A stretch of DNA of 63,285 nucleotides, the filler included, from Collodictyon triciliatum (taxonomy: Eukaryota), in the NCBI GenBank assembly GCA_043381765.1. It is 6 parts of 6 records of this genome, joined end to end, with 100 filler letters (N's around TTAATTAATTAA, not from the genome) between each part and the next. Parts side by side here need not be neighbours in the genome. Positions count along the whole stretch, not along the records: positions 53,575 to 61,299 come from JBHJMP010002108.1; positions 61,400 to 63,285 come from JBHJMP010002189.1; 4 more parts are not named here. One strand, given 5' to 3'. A program made the translations under genes and the position numbers. Below are positions 53,475-63,285 of the stretch, piece after piece; position 1 is the first letter of the stretch; each line of letters opens with the position of its first letter. The notes under the pieces were generated by a model, which saw only the letters and a list, made by a program, of their open reading frames with translations, did not search any database and was not told the origin of the DNA.

Positions 53475-53574
53475 NNNNNNNNNNNNNNNNNNNNNNNNNN
53501 NNNNNNNNNNNNNNNNNNTTAATTAATTAANNNNNNNNNNNNNNNNNNNNNNNNNNNNNNNNNNNNNNNNNNNN
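53475..53574. other. Synthetic contig linker, flanked by (CA)n/(AAAAC)n and (AAAC)n repeats
   Basis: N44-TTAATTAATTAA-N44. Confidence 0.98.
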
Positions 53575-54237
53575 AAACAAACAAACAAACAAACAAACAA
53601 ACAAACAAACAAACAAACAAACAAACAAACAAACAAACAAACAAACAAACAAACAAACAAACAAACAAAAAGCGAAAAGTAGTAGAGTCCAAGCAGCGGA
53701 ATGACATAATATCGTGCCTGTTTCACAGCGCCAGGTAACAAACCCTTCTGCAGGCAACCTACTTTTGCCTCTGCTGTTTCGCTAAAGCTTGCACAATCTG
53801 ATTCATCCACCAAAAGCATGTTTCTTGAATTTTACACACATTTCAAAAAATGAAAAAAAAAAAATGGAGAAAAAGCCCTGGATATTACCCGGCCTTCCTT
53901 ATCCCTTCCTCTTCCCTGCCCTCCCTTTCCTCAGCAACGATCTGGGCGAAAGAAAGACGTCAGCACATCCCCTTTCTTTTTTCAGAATTATTATCAGCCT
54001 CCTTTTTTTCTTTCCTTTCCTTTCTTTTTTTCTTATTGTGGTTTACTCATAGGTGCACAAGCTGAAAGCAAGAGAGAAAGGGAATGAAAAAACAAAACAA
54101 AGCAAAAAGCTAACACGAAGTGTGCATTGCTTTTCTTTACCGTAACTCCACTTTAATATTTTTTCTGGGATGATAAAGCAATAAGTATACACATTACTAG
54201 AACTTCCTAGCTACCCAGGCTTTTGAAACAAGTCGAT

Positions 54238-55949
54238 ATGGAGCCCGAAGACTCTCCAACATTTACTGGGGACAATTTGCCACGAAAAACCACACAGAAG
54301 AGTAACTGAATTTTTCACTATCCTCTACATATTTAATTACTCATATGCGAGATAAAAAATTCAGCAAGTATAAAAAAAAAACGCGATATTTATTAAATAA
54401 ATATATAAAATTGAAAGATATACACGATAACATTATGTTTGTCACAATTATGAAAATGTTTTTAATGACACATAAAGAGTTTCTTATATGTACCCAATTA
54501 TTGGACTATGATAGTTTATTTCCATTAAATGTACCATATTTTCTTTGCACAACTTATCCTTGCTTACACCAACTAATACAATTTCAAATTTAGTGATTGT
54601 TTTCGATTTATACATTTTTTTTCTATATTCGATTCGGTTCGATTATATATATAATATAAAATAGAACCGAGACTTCATTCAGGGACGACGAGCCAGGTTC
54701 AAACGGATGAAAGACTTGAATTATGTGCAAAAGTAAGGACACGAGACCAAGGGAGACCTCTCGGTGTTAGCAGTTTAGACGATAATGAAAACACAGTTGC
54801 TGGAACATCGGAATCGACATCAATTATCCCAACGGTAGCATCGATTGCTTCGAATACAAGAAGTACATCATCAATAATTTGCTCAGCCCAAACTGTGGAT
54901 GCGAGCTCTAGGGACCCTTATGATCACCACATGCATGTATCAACCTCGGTAGATGATTATACACAATATAATGGACTTGGACAAGGTATAACAGTCAACA
55001 CAGACATCTCAATGGGAAGGCGTTGGAAAAAATCAGCTCCTGGGCAAGAGACATGCCATGCCGTTCCCATATCCGGATTTCAAAATATCAACAAGGATAT
55101 TGGTGAAAATCACATTGAGCAAACGTCTAATCCTCATACAATAATAAATGTTGGGACTGTAGTTCACCCAATTCAACAGTCTCTCAATCATACAGATTCA
55201 AATTCGTATAAACAACCAAGCTTTCAGAATCATACACACGGTCATATTCATGTTCAAAATCAAGTCCACAATCAATCCCAAAATCAACACCAACAACATA
55301 ATTACTCGAATTCTTCTCTTCCAATTTTTTACCAACAAAACGCCCCACTACCATCTCGATATCCCTCTGTTTCGAGTATGTTAGGAAGCCTAGATCAAGC
55401 ACGCCCAAACTCCTATGTGCCAACCAGAGGTGGTTAACTATTTTGTATTATAAAAAGAAAAAATTATATATTTGTATTATTGTTGATTGTCTTTTGATAT
55501 GATGTATTCTTTATAAGGTATATACACTGCTTTAAAACTAATATTTAACACCGTTTGTGTATGTAATTTTTTCATATTATTATTCGTCGAATAATGAAGT
55601 AAAGATGAATATTTGCCTAAAACATTATCTTATTGACAAAACAGAACATATTAATGCTTTATTATAGATATTGGTCCAGCTGATAATGATATCGTTCATC
55701 TACAACATCAAACTTTAAATGATTTGGCAGACTTAAAGCACCAGATAACTGCAGCTTTTAACGAAGGTATTGTCAGGTAGTCTTTAAAAAGAAATTTATA
55801 ATTTTGAATCATATAGAGATAGAAAAAAAGAAATTGTAAAACCTTCCAATGATGTTATATTTAAAATCCAACCGATAGTTTTGTCAAGAGTGCTTTTTTT
55901 TCTCTCTCTTTAAGATGTTATAATCATATTAGCACCACACAAGGGAATA

Positions 55950-56016
<67 letters not shown>

Positions 56017-56822
56017 GAGCAATGCCTAAAGACATCCAATACAAGAGTGTATGCAACTTAATTTCACAATTCCAGAAACGGTTGACAAAAAACAAATTCA
56101 TCGCTCTAGAATCCTTGATAAATTCACCGTCATTCAAAAAAACATGGAAAATCTTTCTGGGAGACTTGATCGCATCGAACTATTCTTGAGAATACCTCAC
56201 GAAGACATAAGACCGCAGTCTAAAACAGTGCAGTTCTCAAGGTCCATGGTAAGTATATTCTTTTATTTATCCCCTTTTCTTTGTGATTATTACCATTATG
56301 TATTCCATCACCTTTATTGTACAGAATAACTTGCATGATATGTGTAATCTCCAACTTAGTCTCCATCTTATATGCAATAGTGTCCAAACTTAGTGTTACT
56401 TTTAAAGATACTTACATATGAGAACCCCTTTATGAATGGAGGTGATTTCTTGATAAACTTTGGGACAGAATCGTGTCCTACTCAACAATGGTGTATGAAC
56501 CAAAAAACGATCGAAAATGCCCGAAAAGAAATTGATACATATCTATCGATCTACCGAGAGGATAATACAATGGCTCACGCATCAAGATTTACTAGGGTAC
56601 AATCAAACTTATTTAAGCTTGTGACGAATATTTGTTGATTTAAAGTTATATTTTCCCTATTTGCTTTTTCCTGTAGCCTCTTCTATCTCTCCAGTTTCCT
56701 TTCTAAATGTTATTAAACACAAATGTATCACTTCAAAGAACAACATTCAATTGCTAAGAACCCAAACAAAACAAAAACAAAACAAAAACAAAACAAAAAC
56801 AAAACAAAACAAAAACAAAACA

Positions 56823-56853
<31 letters not shown>

Positions 56854-57647
56854 CAAAACAAAACAAAACAAAACAAAACAAAACAAAACAAAACAAAACA
56901 AAACAAATTTGAATTAAAATTTTGGTGTTTTCGCACATACCAAGGTTTTGGTGCATTTAAATGAAATCAAAATTTCCTTATTAACACTGGTTAGATCAAT
57001 ACCATAGCCAATTCGATTCGCTCGAATACCAAACATGACGCAGGAAGAGCATTTGTAATTCATTTTCGTTCCATGGACGCGACCAATATATCCAGTATTA
57101 TTGATAATCATGCCGCTGACCCCTCTGGGGAAATTGATGGGGAAGATTTAAGCCAACTTCGAAAAGATATTGATGTAATCCAGCGCTCTCGAGGACCAGA
57201 ATTCTTGGATAATTGGTACAAGGAAGCGATTTACCTTCGGTGTTTTCAAACTTGGCTAGAATTTTCCAAGATGTCGTCCAGCCCAATGAGAGAAACTTCT
57301 TTCCGATTTTATGTAGGGACCCGAAATCACAAATATGAAAGATAAGATTTATGTGCCAGCCACTCCTTCCCCACTCCAAGGGGAAAACCAAAAAAAAAAA
57401 AAAAAAAATTACTAGGAAATCCACCTTTTGTTTTCTTGAACAAATGAAACTAAAGATGACATTACAAGAACCTTGCATAAGTAATATGCAGCCAAACTGA
57501 CTCGGTTACATTCAAAAATATCTAGGTAAAACTCCTCTTGATGCACCGAAACTTCAGCATCGACTCAGAGCCCCAAAAATCCTTGTTTCGAGATATATTG
57601 CAGAAAGTACAAAGTCAGGAATGAAGATACTACATTATCAAAAATGA
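54238..57647 (+). CDS. Hypothetical multi-exon protein with Q/H/N-rich low-complexity N-terminal half
   Basis: ATG 54238 (MEPEDSPTF..) splices in phase to the 54665-55431 exon. Further exon-like ORFs lie at ~55670, 56085, 56410, 57090 and 57526. No family recognised. Confidence 0.55.
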
Positions 57648-59203
57648 ATAGCGCAAAATGGTGTATCCTCAACTATATATCATGGAGTTAAGGATACAAC
57701 ACAATATATATTTTTACAATAATAAATTTCCAATGAATGTCTGTGGGTCTGTTTGTTTATTCGTTTGCGTATAATTTTTTTTTTTTTTCCAAAGGTTGAT
57801 CTATTCCATGCCTCACAATGCGAATAAATGGGATGATCACGCCGAGGGACAGAGGCGGTTGAGAGGAACAACAATAATAATAATAGTAATAATAATAAAA
57901 GCACAACGAATAAGAAGTCTTTTTTTTTTTTTTTTTGCTAGGAAATAATAAACACGGACAGAGACAAAAGATACATTCTCTGAAAAATAATATTACACTG
58001 GCGTTCTTTCCTCCTCCCAACACACCACATTCTGAAGCCGGAAAAAAATACGCAATCGATCGGAAAGAGTGATCCCGAGAAGGACGAGACTGCCTACCAT
58101 GATACCCGACGCCACAACCCTGCGCCAATGAATGCCTACTGATCGTATGCAAACCGAGAAGGCCGACAAAGCCGACCCAGAGAGCGAAAAGGTCACCTTA
58201 TCGCATCCCTTACACCACAAGCTATGTACCGAAACACACCGACAATCAAGACGCCAGCTGCCACCAACCCGTGAGTACAACAACCTGTGAATAAGACGGA
58301 GCGAGTTCTTTGAAACGAATAAATAATAATAATAAAGGGAATAAGAAAGTCGGACCGAGCTCAAGCCCTCGACCCACAGGCAGCAAGATCAGTATGAATA
58401 CAGTGCTCAGTATTAGTTGCTCTGATTCATTTATTCATTTATTATTTTTCCTTTCTTCTTTTTTCTTTTCTTTTTCTCTTCGGTCTCATCCAGCCTGTAA
58501 ATAGATTAACTTCATCGCAAAGGTGGTGACGAACTTGGTTTTATCCCTTTCAAGTCATAATACTTTTTATACAACGAAAGTGTACCCATATATAACAGTT
58601 TATTGCACAGACAACCATCGAATTAAATCTGGATTGAAAAAAGCAGGAGCTTTGATGAACCCAAGAAAGAACCTGAATAATATAACAGTGTGATTAGTAT
58701 ATATAATAAGGTTTAAACCACTTAATAATCGCATTCTATTCCTATAATCAATATATATTTTATTTTTCATTTATGTACTATTATCATTAAAATTAAAAAA
58801 ATGGCAATCAAGCGGTTGCGTTGGCCCAGACAGAACCCAGCCTATAAACCTGCCACCAAACATGAATTTCAAAAAAAGCATACCATCCACACTTGCGGCG
58901 ATAATCATGCTGTTTGGGGCCGATGTCTTGACTTTCAGTCGCAATGGCTATACGGCCGTCCTTTCGAACTCGCCGAATCGGCTCTCAGCGTTTTGTCTCA
59001 AATTACTTACAATTTTTTTTTTTTTTTGTGTGTGTGTGTGTGTTTGTCACAATGCGCACATTTTGAGAGTCTCGGTAGATGCTTAGTTTACATAAATTGA
59101 GTTTGTGCGTTTTTTAATATTAAATTGACTGATTGGCTAAAGGTTTATTAAAATTGAAAACCTGGTAGTTTCCTATAGGAAAAAGCAAAACAAAGACTTT
59201 CAG

Positions 59204-61045
59204 ATGAAGAAAAGAAAACGTCTTCAATTTGAGAATCTAAAGTCTGTAAAACCACACTATCGTAATGTGAAAGCATGCCTAAAGTCGATTGCAAAGAATC
59301 CGGATGACTATTACAAAATCAACAATACGGTTTTATTGTGTCATAATTTGGTTACCGACACTTATCTGTTTGCAAGATGTTACATATCGAAATAACAACT
59401 CCCAACAATCGATGAAATGTTTTTTGTACGCTTTAAAGACAATCGGAATAGTTTCACAAGATAGACCCACAAGTTAAAAAAAAAAAAAAAAAAACAGGAA
59501 TGAGCAATGTCATGATGACTTTTTATCTCAATCATTTTCGATTCCTTTTGTCCTGAGAAGAACGCTTTCCATCGGATGGACGGTCTCATGTATTACCGTA
59601 CTTGGCAAAGCAAACGTTAGCAGCTCATCATAATAACATTAAGGTACATTTTGTAGAGAGGTTACTGCGCTTTATAAACCAAACAGTTCCTAAAATGAGA
59701 ATATTACGGAAGCTATTAAAAAAAGCAGAGATACGAAAGTTAAAAAAAAGCCATCTTCAAGAAACTCGACATACCGGAGCAGTATAAAGAATGGGCTAAA
59801 ACGCATTTGCATCATATCATTCCCAGCGATATTGTAAAAGGTATCGAATATGACGCCAAAGTCAATCCAAATAAGTACGTTCCATGTCTGATTTACATGA
59901 ATCGCTTTTTTTGAGGACATTGGAACCACACTGTTTCAACCAATCCCTACAAAAACTATCAATATACCATGTCATATTACTCTAGTAGCTGCATGTTTGA
60001 TAGATCTATTAGTATCAACAGAAAAAACATCATTAATGAAGAATATATCAGGATGCAAAGAGACCCTAAGGGATAATTTCTTTGAAATGAAGAAGGTCTT
60101 TCATCAAAGAGACTACAATTTTTAAATGTATGATACAAACAGACGGCTTGGCGGTGTCATTATTGTTTGAAAGAAAGGGATTTGAAATTCAAAATCCAAA
60201 TATAATCGAAATACCCAAGAACATGTGTTTATAGATGAACTTTCCGAAGAGCAATTATCTTTATCAGCGACAAAATAAATAGCTGGGGTAGACGCAGGCA
60301 AGTTTAATTTGGTTTACATGGTGGATAGGACAGGCAAGAAATTACGTTACACGGCACACAAAAGAAGACTTGATAGCAAATCTCTTAAAAATCATAAAAT
60401 ACTCTTGTGCGAGAAAAAGAAAGTACAATTATTCAGGTATATGAATGGCAACAGATTTACCAAATGCTGTTCCTTTTGGTCACATGACTTTTGAAGAGAA
60501 TCAGCGGTTTGAGACATCAAGAGTATCTTTAATCGATTTAGAGACAGAGCTGAGTGAACGTAATACACGCTCGGTCGATTATAAATAATTTATAAAATAT
60601 GTATCTATGAAATTAAGATACCAGATGGAACTATCCAGATTTTATAAACACGTAACTTTTCGAAAGATGATTTGGAGACATCATGTCAATACAAAAAGAA
60701 ATGAACTGTTGTTTATGGACTGAATCGAAAAGATATTTGGCAAGGATGTTGTACTGGTGTATGGAGGCAGGAGCAGAAAATGTCCAATGAAACATTTTAT
60801 TGCAACAATCGGAAGAGGATTACGAAAAATAATATCCAAATGTTTTGAAACAGTTAGTGTAGATGAATTTAGAACCTACAAGATATGTTGCAACTGCGAA
60901 AAAGAACTGTAATATATGATACCGAAAGAAAATGCAAAAACGGTGTATAGATGTCTCATATGTAAAGAATACAATCGTTTAGAAAGCAAATAAACTGTAT
61001 TTTTGACAAGGAACTTTAACAGCGCTAATCATATACTCAACCAAG
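59204..61045 (+). pseudogene. Decayed Fanzor (eukaryotic TnpB-like RNA-guided nuclease), Fanzor1-like
   Basis: VKACLKSI, HNNIKVHFVERLLRFIN, RuvC-I AGVDAG (60282-60299), RuvC-II VSVDEFRT, Zn finger CCNC..CKEY, RuvC-III TRNFNSANHI. Multiple stops and frameshifts. Confidence 0.88.
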
Positions 61046-61084
61046 TTCTTTTAACCTTTCAAAAAAAAAAAAACATTCCTCTAA

Positions 61085-61200
61085 AAAACAGGCTGTTGGG
61101 TCTTTACAGGCAGCCTTTACCAATACACGACCCTTTGTGAAAGAAGAGGTGAGACCTTGGATACTAGCGCACCAGGTTTACCAATCGAAAGAATTGTATG
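61085..61200 (+). ncRNA. Candidate Fanzor omega-RNA scaffold
   Basis: GC-richer segment right after the RuvC-III region with hairpins AGGCTG/CAGCCT, AGACCT(T)GG/CCAGGTTT, CAATC-GAAA-GAATTG and GGGTC/GACCC complementarity. Confidence 0.5.
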
Positions 61201-61299
61201 CCCCTTCTAGTCCATAAATAAAGTATGGAACTCTATCCAATTTTCGTTTTCTTTATTTTTGACTTCATGGCCATCGTTATTATACCTCTAATTATTCAT

Positions 61300-61399
61300 N
61301 NNNNNNNNNNNNNNNNNNNNNNNNNNNNNNNNNNNNNNNNNNNTTAATTAATTAANNNNNNNNNNNNNNNNNNNNNNNNNNNNNNNNNNNNNNNNNNNN
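61300..61399. other. Synthetic contig linker
   Basis: N44-TTAATTAATTAA-N44. Confidence 0.98.
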
Positions 61400-61434
61400 T
61401 TCATAGCTAGGTTAATTTTCAAATAAAAATCTCA

Positions 61435-63077
61435 TATTACTTTTTTATTCGACTCAAAACGCATCGAGGGTTATGCACATACAAAGGGGCGAGATAGGTG
61501 CGATGGAGAGAAGGCGAACGGCGCAGGAAGGTGAATAAACCCTCCATGACCGTCGTGAGAGCTCGGTCCAGCCGAACTGGAAAAGAAGGTCACCAGCGCG
61601 ATCGCGAGTTGGCTCCTAACTGGTCTCAATTGAGGTTTTCCACACCAACTGGAGATGTGAGCTGGTTTGAACTAGGTGTGCGCGCGTAGTCCATTGGCAG
61701 CAACGACCTTCCCCAGAGCACCACTGTGCCATATGGAATGCACTCCTATCGAACAGCACATTTGCGAAGTGCTCCCTTAGCTTCGAGTAGCAGGGGTTAA
61801 GAAATATGCCATGGATGTGGAACGACATAGTAGCTCCTAGCCCACGACCAAACATCGCCACTAGCTCTTCCTCTGTCTTCGGCTCTTGCGTCAATGTGAG
61901 ATTGACGTCGCCAAAAGGAAAGCGAGCCAGTGTTCTCCAGCGCGTACGCAGTGCTTCTGTTCAGGACATCCTGGGATTTTGGGTATCTGCCCCGAAGGTC
62001 ATCTCCAGACACTGGAACACTAGATCTCGATTTCGATCTCTTCGGTTGTGAAACTGCATTAGAGCGAAGATAAGACTACTTGGCACGAGCACACGATCCA
62101 TCAACCAGGTGTAAAACCAACTCTCACAACATTAGTGGTCCCCTGTTGAGGAGCGTTGCCAGAGGTTATTCTTATGATCGTGGCGTCGGAATTTGGTGAT
62201 TGTGGCGCCAAATTGCAGTGATGTCATGACGGCGCTGTTGCATTATCTTCCCGCTCCTAATGTTTAGTGGTCACCGCGGAACAGCAAATTTCAATAGGTG
62301 TCCAGACGCTGACGATGCAGCAGGACGCTCTTCTCTGAGAACTCGGCCGCGTAAACCACCCCCCCGCCACGGGACTCGATGTTCCAAACCTTTGATAAGG
62401 GCAGACTCGCAAAATGGTGTCGATTACAGTGCCCATCCACTATGGCACATGGTTTGCATTCTGGAGGTCGTTGCTGCATGGGATACGCGCGCACCATTCA
62501 CAGCTTCTTGTTGGAGATATGAGAAGAGGGCGCGGTGTTTCGGAGTAGCTGAGGTTATACGGGCTTGCTTCCAGCTTTTGACTATCGGGGCGTCTATAAC
62601 TGCCTATAGTTTCGGACGGCCCCGCAACGAACTCATTTTCTCCGGTTTGTAAGAATTCAGTGATGATTTATATCGAAACAGCTTGGAATTGCCATGGCCA
62701 TCGGGAATTGCGGAGAATCAGTGTAATGGATCCGCCTTTGTTCTCACGCGAAGAAAAATGGCGACGGTGCTCCGTATAAGATGCGTTTCGTGAGCCGCCA
62801 TTCTCTTTTGGTTTCAGACGGCTGTGGTTGGTGGTTGCATTCGAGGAGTGAAATTATCGTTGCATTTTTCGGCGGTTTGTGAAGCTGCCTCCTTTGGGGG
62901 GGTTTGGAATGTGACTTGTTGCAGGATGAAGGCTGTTTCCTTCTCTCGACTTGATGAATACAGAAACCTTTTCTCTATCCAGCAAAGTTGGCCTGGTAAC
63001 AGCATGTAGTGGGTCTAGGATGAATTTCAACAGCTTTGCATACAGATCTTCCACCGCGCTATAGCGGCTCGGGTGTG
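61435..63077 (-). mobile_element. Decayed non-LTR retrotransposon (LINE ORF2 C-terminal part), tentative
   Basis: GC-richer intronless block with broken minus-strand ORFs, including a zf-RVT-like remnant (CKPC...HHF...PLSKVW) preceded by W..AR....PKHRALF. A-rich 3' end near 61440. No RT motif visible. Confidence 0.4.
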
Positions 63078-63285
63078 TTTGGTGAGGATGTTGTACTGGC
63101 GTATGGAGACTGGGGTAGAAAATCTCCGATGAAACATTTTATGCCAACAATCGGAAGAAGATTGCGAAAAATACTATCCAAACGTTTTGAAACAGTTATT
63201 GTAGGTGAATTTAGAACCTCCAAGGTGTATTGCAACTGCGAAAAAGAACTGGAATATATGAAACTGAAACGAAATTCAAAAAAAC
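63078..63285 (+). pseudogene. Second Fanzor copy (internal fragment running off the window)
   Basis: FGEDVVLAYGDWGRKSPMKHFMPTIGRRLRKILSKRFETVIVGEFRTSKVYCNCEKELEYM; clear nucleotide homology to ~60737-60940. Confidence 0.9.

Noticed and set aside
55951-56015. 65-nt poly-A run as a retrogene tail
   Set aside because: Lies in a probable intron with no upstream processed-gene body or TSD; homopolymer runs are common here.
58829-58844. ACAGAACCCAGCCTAT resembles the RNase P RNA CR-V motif
   Set aside because: No matching CR-I/P4 partner found upstream, which is AT-rich; treated as coincidental.
60423-60525. Possible intron inside the Fanzor gene
   Set aside because: The segment reads in frame with the downstream LIDLETELS region; a simple frameshift explains it.

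Overview
This is eukaryotic DNA from an intron-rich protist using the standard genetic code. It is six separate contigs joined by synthetic N44-TTAATTAATTAA-N44 linkers, so adjacency across a linker means nothing. Contig 1 (1-13321) holds the right part of an intronless, apparently intact integrated DNA virus of the Polinton-like/virophage type (~1-10697). It encodes a fibre-like protein, a penton-like minor capsid protein, an A32 packaging ATPase, a PolA-like (TVpol) polymerase fused to an SF3 helicase, and an rve integrase, and ends in a hairpin before AT-rich host DNA. Contig 2 is essentially one ~12.9-kb multi-exon gene. Hand splicing reads it as BRCT-IPT/TIG-DUF4062-NACHT/STAND-TPR-polyPro/WH2-like-actin, an NPHP3/NLR-like NTPase fused to a complete divergent actin. 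Contig 3 has PP4R3/SMEK, a 3R-MYB and MTO1/MnmG. Contig 4 has CCT2, ERCC1 and a second, intron-poor DUF4062-NACHT-TPR gene. Contig 5 has a hypothetical gene and a decayed Fanzor (TnpB-like) gene with a candidate omega-RNA. Contig 6 has a decayed LINE-like fragment abutting a second Fanzor fragment. All family calls come from motif recognition by eye; no searches were run.
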